A stretch of 64,000 nucleotides of DNA from NCBI GenBank assembly GCA_963785175.1, contig CAWAUA010000002.1, positions 43,443-107,442 of the forward strand, in the 5' to 3' direction. The notes beneath the pieces were generated by a model, which was not told the origin of the DNA, did no database searches, and saw only the letters and a program-made list of their open reading frames with translations. The stretch is from an uncultured Actinomycetes bacterium (GTDB lineage: Bacteria; Actinomycetota; Thermoleophilia; Solirubrobacterales; 70-9). Shown here piece after piece: positions 1-8,967 of the stretch (position 1 is the first letter of the stretch; each line of letters starts with the position of its first letter). The position numbers and the translations under genes are program-made.

Positions 1-1209
1 CCGCATGCGCGGGGCGCGGAGGGCCTGCAGGAGGCGGTCGGCCGGGCCGAAGCCGATCTCGGGCCGGAGATGCAACTGCTCCACTACCTCAGCGTCCCGC
101 CGGTCGCTGCCCCCGACGTGATCCAGACGCTGCACGCCTGCGGGCTGTCGCAGCGCTCGCGGGTGATCATGGAGAAGCCGTTCGGGACCGACCTCGCCAG
201 CGCCCGCAAGCTGAACGCGATGGTCCACGAGGTGATCGACGAGGACCGGGTCTTCCGCATCGACCACTTTCTCGGCAAAGAGGCGGCCCAGAACATCCTC
301 GCGCTGCGCTTTGCCAACGGCCTCTTCGAGCCGATCTGGAACCGCAGCCACATCGACCACATCCAGATCGACGTGCCGGAGACGCTCGGCGTCGGCTCGC
401 GCGCCGCCTTCTACGAGAAAACCGGTGCCTTCCGCGACATGGTCGTCACCCACCTATTCCAGATCCTCGCCTTCGTCGCGATGGAGCCGCCGACGGCGCT
501 GGCACCGGGGCCGATCACCGACGAGAAGAACAAGGTATTCCGCAGCCTGCAGCCGCTGAAGCCCGAGCTGGTCGTCCGCGGCCAGTACGAGGGCTACCGC
601 GAGGAGCCCGGCGTCGACCCCGAATCCAGCACCGAGACCTTCATCGCCCTGCGCTGCGAACTCGACAACTGGCGCTGGAACGGGGTCCCGTTCTACCTGC
701 GCACCGGCAAGCGGATGGGCGAAAGCGCGCGGATCATCTCGATCGCCTTCCGCGAGCCGCCGCAGGCGATGTTCCCGGAGGACTCGCGGGTCGGCCGCTA
801 CGGCCCCGACCACCTCACCTTCGACCTCGACGAGTCCTCGCGCGTCTCGCTCTCCTTCTACGGCAAGCGGCCGGGGATGGGGATGGTGCTCGACAAGGCG
901 AGCATGCAGTTCTCGCTGGAGGAAACGAGCTACCACGCCGAGACGGTCGAGGCCTACGAGCGGCTGATCCGCGACGCGATGATCGGCGACCGCACGCTGT
1001 TCACCACGGCGGAGGGCATCGAGCGTCTCTGGGACGTCTCCGAACCGCTGCTGCAGAATCCGCCGCCGGTCAAGCCCTACCCGCAGGGCTCCTGGGGCCC
1101 GGCCGAGATCGGCGCCCTGATCGCGCCCCACAGCTGGCGGCTGCCGTTCGCCCGGCGCTGGCGCGAAGCGCCCGGAAACGGCGCCCCGGTCGGGCCGGAG
1201 CGGACCTAA
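1..1209 (+). CDS. zwf: glucose-6-phosphate dehydrogenase (5' end outside window)
   Basis: Frame stays open to nt 1. MEKPFGTDL and RIDHFLGKE strings match G6PD signatures. Track ORF 70..1209. Confidence 0.9.
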   Translation, partial: PHARGAEGLQEAVGRAEADLGPEMQLLHYLSVPPVAAPDVIQTLHACGLSQRSRVIMEKPFGTDLASARKLNAMVHEVIDEDRVFRIDHFLGKEAAQNILALRFANGLFEPIWNRSHIDHIQIDVPETLGVGSRAAFYEKTGAFRDMVVTHLFQILAFVAMEPPTALAPGPITDEKNKVFRSLQPLKPELVVRGQYEGYREEPGVDPESSTETFIALRCELDNWRWNGVPFYLRTGKRMGESARIISIAFREPPQAMFPEDSRVGRYGPDHLTFDLDESSRVSLSFYGKRPGMGMVLDKASMQFSLEETSYHAETVEAYERLIRDAMIGDRTLFTTAEGIERLWDVSEPLLQNPPPVKPYPQGSWGPAEIGALIAPHSWRLPFARRWREAPGNGAPVGPERT

Positions 1210-1838
1210 CCGAGCGCGGCGCGGATCGCGGCGATCGCCTGCTCGTTGTTGCGGAAGTGGACCGCGTTCATCCCGGCCGCTTCGGCGCCCTCGATGTTCG
1301 GCTGCAGGTCGTCGATGAAAAGACATGCCCCGGCCGGCATCCCGATCCGCTCCAGGGTCAGCTCGTGGATCCGCGCTTCCGGCTTGCGGCAGCCGACGAA
1401 GGCCGAGTCGACGATCTCCTCGAAGATCTCGTCGACCGGCAGCATCGCGCGCCAGAGCGGCTCCCACTCGCGCACATTGTTGGTCAGCATCGCCATCTTC
1501 AGCCCCCTCGCCTTCAGCTCCCGCATCAGCGCGATCATCTCCGCGTTCGGTTCGAGCGCGCCCCAGAACTTCTGCCGGAAGTGGTGCATGTGAGGGGGAT
1601 GGCCGAGGATCGGCTCCAGCCCGTCGCTGAGCCGGGCGATGAAGTCGTCCTCGCTGATCTCGCCGCGCTCGAGCTTGAAGAGCGGGATCTCCTCACCCTC
1701 CTCGAGCCCCGCGCGCATGGCTAGGCCAAGTTGTTCGGGAGTGATCCCGCTGTCGTCCTGAAAGGCGGCGAAGGCGGCCAGCAGCGGCGTCGTCAGCACG
1801 CCGCCGAAATCGCAGACGATCGCCTCGATCTCAGTCAT
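1206..1838 (-). CDS. HAD-superfamily hydrolase (IA-like phosphatase)
   Basis: 210-aa ORF with N-terminal IVCDFGGVLT (HAD motif I variant) and C-terminal LFIDD motif. Confidence 0.75.
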   Translation of the reverse strand: MTEIEAIVCDFGGVLTTPLLAAFAAFQDDSGITPEQLGLAMRAGLEEGEEIPLFKLERGEISEDDFIARLSDGLEPILGHPPHMHHFRQKFWGALEPNAEMIALMRELKARGLKMAMLTNNVREWEPLWRAMLPVDEIFEEIVDSAFVGCRKPEARIHELTLERIGMPAGACLFIDDLQPNIEGAEAAGMNAVHFRNNEQAIAAIRAALG

Positions 1839-2226
1839 CGGCGCCGCGGGCGACCTCGTAGGTGCCGAGACCCTCGCGGCCCTCTACCGTCCAGCGGAAG
1901 AAGGCGATCTCGGCGTCGAGGCCGGCGCGAGGCACGCGGACGCTACTGATCAGGGTGCCGGCGCCGCGCAGCGGCCGCATCTCCTCGACGTCGGGCCACA
2001 GCTCCAGCGTCGCCCGGCGCTGGACGCCGTCGGCGCCGTACTCGGTCGAGAGCAGCGATTCCTCGAACTGCAGCGGGGCGCCGTCGGGGTCGCAGAGGAC
2101 GGCGGTGACCTCCTCTTCGCCGTGCGCCTCGGCGCCGGCCGGGAGGCTGGAGCTGAGCGCCAGCAGGCCGCCGTCGGAGAAGACGATCCCGATCGACCGC
2201 CGCACCACTGGGCCGCTCTCGCTCAT
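1831..2226 (-). CDS. hypothetical protein
   Basis: ATG at 2226 (MSESGPVV...) inside the 324-aa track ORF. It overlaps the downstream HAD gene by 8 nt. No recognisable domain. Confidence 0.45.
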   Translation of the reverse strand: MSESGPVVRRSIGIVFSDGGLLALSSSLPAGAEAHGEEEVTAVLCDPDGAPLQFEESLLSTEYGADGVQRRATLELWPDVEEMRPLRGAGTLISSVRVPRAGLDAEIAFFRWTVEGREGLGTYEVARGADD

Positions 2227-2253
2227 GCCCGGCACTCTAGATTGCCGGTCCTC

Positions 2254-2790
2254 ATGGATGAGCTGCGGATCCGAGACGCCGACCCTGCCCGCGACGCGGG
2301 AGACTGCGCGGAGATCTACGCGCCGCACGTCGAGGGCAGCCCCGTCTCCTTCGAGGAGGAGGCGCCGGATGCCGCGGAGATGGCGGCGCGGATCGAGCGC
2401 TACGGCGCCAGTCATGCCTGGCTCGTCGCGGAGCGGGAGGGAGGGGTCGTCGGCTACGCCTACGCAACCGCCTTCAACCAGCGCCCGGCCTACCGCTGGA
2501 GCGCCAGCGTCTCGGTCTACGTCGGCGAGGGCGCCCGCGGCAGCGGCGTCGGCCGCGCCCTCTACGAGGCCCTCCTCGAGCGGCTCCGCGAAAGCGGCTT
2601 CCGCATGGCCTGCGCGGGCATCACCCTGCCCAACGAGGCGAGCGTCGGCCTGCACGAGAGCCTCGGCTTCGAGCAGACCGGCCTCAACCGCGAAATCGGC
2701 TGGAAGCAGGGAGCCTGGCGCGACGTTGGCTGGTTCCAACTGCAGTTGGCGCCCGCGCCTGACGGCCCGCCGCCGGAGCAGCAGGGATAA
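2254..2790 (+). CDS. GNAT N-acetyltransferase, phosphinothricin/MSO acetyltransferase-like
   Basis: Start moved to ATG 2254 (MDELRIRDA). AWLVAEREGGVVGYAYA...RGSGVGRALYEALLERL resembles the PAT-type GNAT acetyl-CoA site. Confidence 0.75.
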   Translation: MDELRIRDADPARDAGDCAEIYAPHVEGSPVSFEEEAPDAAEMAARIERYGASHAWLVAEREGGVVGYAYATAFNQRPAYRWSASVSVYVGEGARGSGVGRALYEALLERLRESGFRMACAGITLPNEASVGLHESLGFEQTGLNREIGWKQGAWRDVGWFQLQLAPAPDGPPPEQQG

Positions 2791-2817
2791 ACTAATCGAT
2801 GCCAATTGGTATTTCTC

Positions 2818-2846
2818 TTGACAAAAGGCGACTTAGGCGCATACTA
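2818..2846 (+). promoter_or_regulatory. sigma70-type promoter candidate (TTGACA-N16/17-CATACT)
   Basis: TTGACA at 2818-2823 and CATACT at 2840-2845, followed by AAAGGAG 8 nt before ATG 2879. Confidence 0.45.
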
Positions 2847-2878
2847 CGACATGTAATCGCCTTTAAAGGAGCTTGGAC

Positions 2879-3313
2879 ATGGCATATGTGATGATGGCTA
2901 TCCCCGCGGAGCTGGTGCCAGTCGTCACCGCCTTCTTGGAACGACAAGAGACGGCTTCGCTGCCCGGAGGGTCCTCCCCCGCTTCCGAGGAGGAGGCGGG
3001 GTTCGTCCATGGCTGGAATCGGTCCCTCGTCCAGCGCGCATACAAGGAAAGCGCCGATCAGATGCGGCACTTGCTGGAGTTTCTGGCTCGGCATCCCAAC
3101 CGGGAGGTTTCCTCCTACGAACTTGCAGATGCGATCGAAGCCAAGTTCGGCTGGAATACCGTCGCCGGCATGCTGGGGGCCTTCGGGCGTCGCTGCGTCA
3201 ACCGCTACGGCCGCCTAGAGCCGATGTGGGACTACCGTTACGATGCCGACGGCCGAATCCTGATCACGCTGCCGATTGGACCCGCCGAAGCGATTCAGAG
3301 CGCCATGCAGTAA
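2879..3313 (+). CDS. hypothetical protein (possible winged-helix segment)
   Basis: Track ORF 2873..3313; ATG 2879 is better spaced from the AAAGGAG site. LLEFLARHPNREVSSYELADAI looks wHTH-like. Local GC is lower. Confidence 0.55.
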   Translation: MAYVMMAIPAELVPVVTAFLERQETASLPGGSSPASEEEAGFVHGWNRSLVQRAYKESADQMRHLLEFLARHPNREVSSYELADAIEAKFGWNTVAGMLGAFGRRCVNRYGRLEPMWDYRYDADGRILITLPIGPAEAIQSAMQ

Positions 3314-3354
3314 TCCCAAAAATTCTAAATCCAATCAAAAATAGAAACTTTTGA

Positions 3355-3366
3355 TAAAATAAAGCG
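3355..3366 (+). promoter_or_regulatory. -10-like TAAAAT placed for a leaderless transcript
   Basis: TAAAAT at 3355-3360 lies 6 nt upstream of ATG 3367, inside an almost pure A/T spacer (3311-3366). Confidence 0.35.
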
Positions 3367-4056
3367 ATGAAAAGGACTGAGCACGAGGGTCTGTTCGAGG
3401 ACTTGAGGCGACTGCGCCGGGCCCAGAGAGAGTCTGCGGGCAACTCGGATATCGCGACCGTCCGCATCCATCTGGAAGAGATGCTGGGCCCTGCGGTCAG
3501 GCTGTCATTTGCGGCTCGCGTCCTCCGCGTCAGCCCTCCCGCGCTGCGACGCTGGGTCGAAAAGGGTGACGTCCCAGCGGTGATCGGGATCGACGGGACC
3601 CGCTTGATTCCCCTCGCTGCCTTACTGGAGTTGAGCGAGACGGTCGAGCAGGAGCGACTTGCAGGCCGCAAGCATGCGCTCGAGGCGGCTGTCCTCGCGA
3701 CCCACCAGCGAGCGCAGCGGATGCCCCGCGATCTCTCCATCCCGCATGGACAGGACGAAGGTGGGCATCGCTCCGCCGATCTCCGCGGTCTTGCCTACCA
3801 CCGGGCGGTCGCCCGTCGCCTGGACAGGTCGATGGCCGACATGGCGCTTGCGTTGGTGCGACATTGGAGGAGCAGAGGGACGATCGACCCTCGCTATGCG
3901 CAGGCTTGGGAAAAGCTCCTCCAGGGCCCGCTTCCAGATATCAGGAAGGTGCTCGAAGATGAAGGGGAAGAGGCCAGGGACCTGCGTCAGAACTCTCCAT
4001 TCGCCGGCGTCCTCAGCGAGGCGGAGCGGGGAATCATCATCGGAGGGATCGAATGA
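3367..4056 (+). CDS. HTH (MerR/excisionase-type) domain protein, candidate antitoxin/regulator
   Basis: LSFAARVLRVSPPALRRWVEKGDVP helix-turn-helix string and a helical C-terminal half. Stop overlaps the next gene's start (ATGA at 4053-4056). Confidence 0.6.
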   Translation: MKRTEHEGLFEDLRRLRRAQRESAGNSDIATVRIHLEEMLGPAVRLSFAARVLRVSPPALRRWVEKGDVPAVIGIDGTRLIPLAALLELSETVEQERLAGRKHALEAAVLATHQRAQRMPRDLSIPHGQDEGGHRSADLRGLAYHRAVARRLDRSMADMALALVRHWRSRGTIDPRYAQAWEKLLQGPLPDIRKVLEDEGEEARDLRQNSPFAGVLSEAERGIIIGGIE

Positions 4057-4589
4057 GGCGGGTCGACCTGGAGCACGTGATCGGTGCGGCCGCCCAAATC
4101 TCCGACGAGGTCGAGTTCGTCGTCATCGGCAGCCAGGCGATCCTCGCCGCCGAGGGGCCGCCGCCGGGCATGTTGCGCTCCATGGAGGCGGACCTGTATC
4201 CCCGCCGCGCCCCGGAGAAGGCGGAGGCGATCGACGGCTCGCTGGGCGACGGCTCGCAGTTCCACCGGACCTACGGCTATTACGCGCACGGGGTGGGACC
4301 GGAGACGGCGAAGGCTCCTGCCGGGTGGGAGGGGCGCCTGGTCGAGATCGAGGTCAAGCCCCGCCCTGGTTCCGAGCAGGGGGCGGTGGCACTCTGCCTC
4401 GAGGCCCACGACCTGGTGCTGGCGAAATGCGCCGCCGGGAGGGATCGCGACTGGGAGTTCGCAGAGGATGCGCTGTCGGCCGGCATCGTCACCCTGCCCG
4501 AGCTGCTCGCCAGGGTCGACGATCTGCCGCTCGAGGAGCAGGCTCGCACCCACGTGCGACGCATGCTAGAGGCGCGTTTGCCGGCCTGA
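4053..4589 (+). CDS. nucleotidyltransferase-fold protein (minimal NTase, DUF6036-like)
   Basis: N-terminal FVVIGSQAIL...SMEADLY fits the hG[GS]-x(n)-[DE]hD Pol-beta NTase pattern. Translationally coupled to the HTH gene. Confidence 0.5.
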   Translation: MRRVDLEHVIGAAAQISDEVEFVVIGSQAILAAEGPPPGMLRSMEADLYPRRAPEKAEAIDGSLGDGSQFHRTYGYYAHGVGPETAKAPAGWEGRLVEIEVKPRPGSEQGAVALCLEAHDLVLAKCAAGRDRDWEFAEDALSAGIVTLPELLARVDDLPLEEQARTHVRRMLEARLPA

Positions 4590-4613
4590 GCGACCCCCGG
4601 CTACCATTCACCA

Positions 4614-4952
4614 ATGAGCGATAACACCGCACCGACCGACGCCGCCAGCGACGAAGCCCTCACCGAGGAGGACGTCTACGAGGCGCTCGAGGAGGTAATC
4701 GATCCCGAGCTCGGCCTCGACTTCGTCTCCCTTGGTCTCGTCTACGACGTCAACATCGAGGGCTCCGAGGTCTACGTCACCTTCACCCTGACGACCCCGG
4801 CCTGCCCGATTGGCCCCCAGGTCTCCGAACAGATGAAGGAGTTCGTAGGCGACCTCCCCGGCGTCGACGCAGTCCATCCCAAGATGGTCTTCGACCCCGC
4901 CTGGAGCCCGGAGCTGATGACCGATGACGCCAAGTTCGCACTCGGGTTCTGA
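4614..4952 (+). CDS. sufT: Fe-S assembly SufT-like / DUF59 (MIP18 family) protein
   Basis: 112 aa. EALEEVIDPELGLDFVSLGLVYDV...TLTTPACP is the typical DUF59 core with its conserved Cys. Confidence 0.8.
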   Translation: MSDNTAPTDAASDEALTEEDVYEALEEVIDPELGLDFVSLGLVYDVNIEGSEVYVTFTLTTPACPIGPQVSEQMKEFVGDLPGVDAVHPKMVFDPAWSPELMTDDAKFALGF

Positions 4953-4998
4953 CGACTGGCGAGTTAGCCTCGCCAGGGGACGGTCAACTCGCCAGTCG
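4953..4998. terminator. hairpin between convergent genes (13-bp stem)
   Basis: CGACTGGCGAGTT (4953-4965) pairs with AACTCGCCAGTCG (4986-4998). The 3' arm overlaps the stop of the GNAT gene. Confidence 0.5.
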
Positions 4999-5508
4999 CA
5001 ATCTGAACAGCAGGTGCGGAAGCCCGGCGTGCTCGACCTCGCCGTCCCGCTTGCATCCGACCTTTTCGGCGACCCGTCGCGAGGCGTGGTTGGCGGGTAG
5101 AACGAGCGCCACGAGCTCCTCGAATTCGAGCTCCCGTGCCCACTCGACCGCCGCCGTGGCCATCTCGGTCGCGTAGCCGTTCCCGTGCAGGGTCGGCTCC
5201 ACGCTCCAGGCGACCTCGATCATCGCCGTCTCGTCAACCGTGGTCCAGTGCAGGCCGCCTCGGCCGGCGAAGGCGCCCGTCCGCTCCTCGAACAGGAGCC
5301 AGGGGCCGAAGCCGTGGTCGACCCAGTGCGCCAGATCACCCTCGGCCAGTTCGTCGAGCGCGCCTGAGTTGAAGGGCGGCAGGGGAGGGGGGCGGAGCCA
5401 GCGCTCGATCCCCGGTTGGGTGAAGTGGGCGTGGTAGAGGGCGCGGTCCTCGGGGGCCGGCCGGCGAAGGAGGAGCCGCTCGGTCTGCCGCTCCCCGGCC
5501 AAGCTCAA
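4984..5508 (-). CDS. GNAT N-acetyltransferase (RimJ/RimL-like)
   Basis: 174 aa. TERLLLRRPAPED N-terminus and GNGYATE acetyl-CoA loop are typical of the RimJ/L subgroup. Confidence 0.7.
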   Translation of the reverse strand: MSLAGERQTERLLLRRPAPEDRALYHAHFTQPGIERWLRPPPLPPFNSGALDELAEGDLAHWVDHGFGPWLLFEERTGAFAGRGGLHWTTVDETAMIEVAWSVEPTLHGNGYATEMATAAVEWARELEFEELVALVLPANHASRRVAEKVGCKRDGEVEHAGLPHLLFRLRLAS

Positions 5509-6026
5509 TCCCGGTCGCTGCGCGGCAGGCGGGGATCGCCGTTGCTCTGCGGCGGCACCTCTTCGGCGCTTCCCTCGAAGTCGTAGTCGCGACTGGGCGG
5601 CGCCCCGTTGCCGTCGCCGGGACTGCCGAACGGACCGAACCCTCCGCCGGAGACCCCGACCACCGCGAAGCGGCCGATCGTCAGTCGTTTCAGGATCCGC
5701 CGCGAGATCGCCCGGGTCGGCGGCAGGAGGAAGAACACCCCGAAGACGTCGGTGATGAAGCCGGGGGTCAGCAGCAGGGTGCCGCCGACGATGACCAGCG
5801 CCCCGTCGGCCACCTCGCGGCCGGGGAAGCGCCGCGCCGCCAGCGCCCCGTTGAACCGCCGCCAGGCGCTCCGGCCCTGGTGTTTGAGCAGCATCGATCC
5901 CAGCACCGCGTCGGCCAGCAGTAGGAGCAGGGTCGGCCAGATGCCGATCAGCTGCCCCACCTGGATGATCACGTAGAGCTCCGCGATCGGGACGACGATG
6001 AAGACGGCGATCAGCAGCAGGGCCAT
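5505..6026 (-). CDS. fxsA: FxsA family membrane protein
   Basis: N-terminal VPIAELYVIIQVGQLIG...LLLADAVLGSMLLKHQG matches the FxsA/UPF0716 pattern. Confidence 0.8.
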   Translation of the reverse strand: MALLLIAVFIVVPIAELYVIIQVGQLIGIWPTLLLLLADAVLGSMLLKHQGRSAWRRFNGALAARRFPGREVADGALVIVGGTLLLTPGFITDVFGVFFLLPPTRAISRRILKRLTIGRFAVVGVSGGGFGPFGSPGDGNGAPPSRDYDFEGSAEEVPPQSNGDPRLPRSDRD

Positions 6027-6087
6027 AGGGAAAGCCTAGGGAGGTGCGAGTGTCGACTTGCTCTTTCTATCCGAGAGGAACTCGACA

Positions 6088-7503
6088 CTAAGCCACTTTG
6101 GCGGCCTTGCCGGCTGCCGCCTCGAGCTCGGCCAGCGATTCCTCGAGCCCGTTGCTGACGACCTCGATGTCCTCCATGCGGTCGTAGTCGGCGAGCAGCC
6201 CGAAGCCGACCTTGCCGTTGTAGCTCATGATCGCCACCGCCAGCGAGTGGTTCTGCGGCAGGAAGGCGACCGGGTAGACCTCCTCCAGCTCCCTCCCCAG
6301 CACGTAGAGCGGCAGCTGCGGTCCCGGGACGTTGGTGACGATCAGGTTGAAGAGGCGGGTGGAGAAGTTGATCCGCGAGGCCTGGGCGAGCAGGGTCGGC
6401 GGCGCGAAGTCGTTGAAGCGGGAGATCACTTCCGCGCCCAGCGCCTGTTTGGAGCGCTTCAGGCCGGCCATCGCGTCGCTGATCGTCCGCAGCCGCCGCA
6501 CCGGGTCCTCGATGTAGACCGGCAGCGGCCCCCGCATCAGCGCGATCCGGTTGCCGAGGTCGCCGCGCTCGTCCTCGCTGCGGATCGACACCGGGACCAG
6601 CGCCCGCATCTCCAGCCCCTCGGTGCGGATCCCACGGGCGTGCAGCCACTTGCGCAGGGCGCCGGTAACGACCGCGAGGACGACGTCGTTGACGGTGCCG
6701 CCGAGGGCGTTTTTGATCCCTTTGAAGGTGTCCAGCTCCGAGCGGGTCCAGACGTAGCGGCGGTGCGGCCCAATCTCCTCGTTCAGCGGCACGTCCGGCG
6801 CCGGGTCGGCGAAGGCGCTGACGATCTCGCCGACCCCCTCCAGCGCCTCGACCGCCCTGCGAGCCGTCGTCTCCGGGTTGCGGACGACGTCGACCGCGCG
6901 CTCGGCGAGCTTCACCGGGGCGGCGACGAGGTCGGCAACCCCGCGCGCCACCAGCTCGGTCGTGCCCGGTTCGGGCTGCGGCACCCAGTCGTCCTGCAGC
7001 TCCGTCGGCGGCGGGTCGCGCTCGAGGTCGAAGAGGACGGTGCCGATGTCGACGCCGGAGACCCCGTCGACCATCGCGTGGTGGGTCTTGGTCATGATCG
7101 CGAAGCGGTTGCGCTCCAGGTTCTGTGCCAGCCACAGCTCCCAGAGCGGCTTCGAGCGGTCGAGCTGCTGGGAGAAGATCCGCCCCGCAAGCTGTTTCAG
7201 CTGCGCTTCGCCGCCCGGTTCGGGCAGCGCGGTGTGGCGGATGTGGTAGGTCAGGTTAAAGTTGACGTCGTCGGCCCAGAGCGGCCGGCCGGCCTCCAGC
7301 GGCGGCACCACCAGCTTCTGGCGGAAGCGCGGCACCAATGGCAGGCGGGTGCGGACGTGCTCGACCAGGTCGGTGTACTTCGGCGGCGGCCCCTCGAAGA
7401 TCAGGATCGCGCCGACGTGCATGTGGCTGCTCGAGCTCTCGTTGGTCAGGAACGAGGCGTCGACGGCGGTGAGTCGGTCGAGGTGGCGTCCGGAGGTGGC
7501 CAT
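6088..7503 (-). CDS. wax ester synthase/diacylglycerol acyltransferase (WS/DGAT)
   Basis: 471 aa with the catalytic [10 protein letters not shown] (HHxxxDG) motif and NVPGP near the C-terminus. Confidence 0.9.
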   Translation of the reverse strand: MATSGRHLDRLTAVDASFLTNESSSSHMHVGAILIFEGPPPKYTDLVEHVRTRLPLVPRFRQKLVVPPLEAGRPLWADDVNFNLTYHIRHTALPEPGGEAQLKQLAGRIFSQQLDRSKPLWELWLAQNLERNRFAIMTKTHHAMVDGVSGVDIGTVLFDLERDPPPTELQDDWVPQPEPGTTELVARGVADLVAAPVKLAERAVDVVRNPETTARRAVEALEGVGEIVSAFADPAPDVPLNEEIGPHRRYVWTRSELDTFKGIKNALGGTVNDVVLAVVTGALRKWLHARGIRTEGLEMRALVPVSIRSEDERGDLGNRIALMRGPLPVYIEDPVRRLRTISDAMAGLKRSKQALGAEVISRFNDFAPPTLLAQASRINFSTRLFNLIVTNVPGPQLPLYVLGRELEEVYPVAFLPQNHSLAVAIMSYNGKVGFGLLADYDRMEDIEVVSNGLEESLAELEAAAGKAAKVA

Positions 7504-7560
7504 CGGTCAAGGCTACTTATGCCCGAGTTTGCGGGGCTCCAAGCCTTGTACCCTGAAGGA

Positions 7561-8526
7561 ATGCCTGCCACCGTCACCGGCCCGAAACGGGTCCTGCTCG
7601 CTGCGCCGCGCGGCTACTGCGCCGGCGTCGACCGCGCCGTGCAGACGGTCGAGCGCGCGCTCGAGTTCTACGGCGCCCCCGTCTACGTGCGCAAGGAGAT
7701 CGTCCACAACAAGCATGTGGTCGAGGAGCTGGCCGAGCGCGGGGCGATCTTCGTCGAGGAGGAGACCGAGGTGCCCGAGGGCGCGATGGTCGTCTTCTCC
7801 GCCCATGGCGTCGCCCCTAGCGTGCACGAGAACGCCGCCGCCCGCGGGCTGCGGACGATCGACGCGACCTGCCCGCTGGTGACCAAGGTCCACGTCTCCG
7901 CCCGCCGCTTCGCCGCCGAGGGCTACACGATCATCATGATCGGCCACCAGGGCCACGAGGAGGTCGAAGGGACGACCGGCGAGGCGCCCGAGAGCATCGT
8001 CCTGATCGAAACCGCCGACGAAGTCGAGAGCCTCCAGGTTCCCGACCCCGGCAAAGTTGCCTTCATCACCCAGACGACGCTCTCGGTTGACGAGACCGCC
8101 GAGGTGATCGCCGCCCTGCGGGCCAAGTTCCCCAGCATCGTCAGCAGCAAGTCCGACGACATCTGTTACGCGACCACCAACCGGCAGATCGCCGTCAAGC
8201 AACTGGCCCGCGAGTGCGACCTGGTCCTGGTGATCGGCTCGACCAACTCCTCTAACTCCAACCGCCTGGTCGAGGTCGCCCGCGAACACGGCGCCGCCTC
8301 TCACTTGATCGACAACCACTCCCAGGTCGAGGAGCAGTGGCTGGAGGGAGTCGAGACGGTCGGCATCACCTCCGGCGCCTCCGCCCCCGAGGAGCTGGTC
8401 GAGAGCCTCGTCACTCTCTTCCGCGATCGCGGCGCCGACGACGTCTCCGAGCTGCGGACCGTCCACGAGGACGTCCGCTTCATGCTCCCGAAGGAGATCC
8501 GCGACGAGGTTGCCGCCCGCGCCTGA
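7561..8526 (+). CDS. ispH: 4-hydroxy-3-methylbut-2-enyl diphosphate reductase
   Basis: Only the last 321 codons of the 822-aa track ORF look real. MPATV...[15 protein letters not shown]...HNKHVV is IspH/LytB. Confidence 0.92.
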   Translation: MPATVTGPKRVLLAAPRGYCAGVDRAVQTVERALEFYGAPVYVRKEIVHNKHVVEELAERGAIFVEEETEVPEGAMVVFSAHGVAPSVHENAAARGLRTIDATCPLVTKVHVSARRFAAEGYTIIMIGHQGHEEVEGTTGEAPESIVLIETADEVESLQVPDPGKVAFITQTTLSVDETAEVIAALRAKFPSIVSSKSDDICYATTNRQIAVKQLARECDLVLVIGSTNSSNSNRLVEVAREHGAASHLIDNHSQVEEQWLEGVETVGITSGASAPEELVESLVTLFRDRGADDVSELRTVHEDVRFMLPKEIRDEVAARA

Positions 8527-8530
8527 CGAC

Positions 8531-8568
8531 TGGTGAGTTATGGGCGCTATAGCGCCCATAACTCACCA
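8531..8568. terminator. perfect 38-bp palindrome, bidirectional terminator candidate
   Basis: TGGTGAGTTATGGGCGCTA / TAGCGCCCATAACTCACCA between convergent ispH and the VOC gene. Confidence 0.65.
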
Positions 8569-8573
8569 ACTGC

Positions 8574-8933
8574 TCACTCGTACGGCGCGTAGCGGTTGTG
8601 CAGCATCAGGTCGTTGCCGTCGGGATCGGTGAAGAGCGCCATGTGGCAGACACCGGTGTCGAAGGTCTCGCCGTTGAACTCGACGCCTTTGGCCTCCAGC
8701 TCGGCACGGGCGGCTGCGACGTCTTCGACGTGGAGCGCCGGGTGCGCGTTTTTCTGCGGCGCGAACTCCATCCCCATTTTGGCCGGTTCCCAGATGCCGA
8801 AGCAGGTGTCGCCCGCCCAGCACTCGAAGCGGCCGTTCTCGTCGGGCCTCAGGCCCAGGGTCTCGATATAGAAGGTGCGGCTGCGCTCGGCGTCGGTTGA
8901 CGGGACGCCGATGAAGTCGGTCTTGGTGATCAT
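8574..8933 (-). CDS. VOC/glyoxalase-family protein
   Basis: Start moved to ATG 8933 (MITKTDFIGVPSTD), preceded by GGAGAA. Glyoxalase-like beta-alpha-beta repeats. Confidence 0.75.
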   Translation of the reverse strand: MITKTDFIGVPSTDAERSRTFYIETLGLRPDENGRFECWAGDTCFGIWEPAKMGMEFAPQKNAHPALHVEDVAAARAELEAKGVEFNGETFDTGVCHMALFTDPDGNDLMLHNRYAPYE

Positions 8934-8967
8934 GGGGTTCTCCTTTGGTTCGCGGCGAAGCCGCGCT

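Noticed and set aside
454-1467. Long antisense or out-of-frame ORFs throughout the window, for example 454..1467(-), 6011..7135(-), 10505..11614(-), 17516..19192(-), 28241..29569(-), 30368..32344(+), 51881..53338(-) and 59441..61420(-).
   Set aside because: They are Arg/Pro/Gly/Ala-rich translations with no motifs, and they lie opposite or overlapping clearly recognisable genes. This is the expected stop-codon-poor artefact of about 70% GC DNA.
6058-7560. N-terminal 500 codons of the 822-aa track ORF that ends as ispH.
   Set aside because: This part is antisense to the well-supported WS/DGAT gene and has low-complexity content. IspH homology starts at MPATV (7561), which has its own start.
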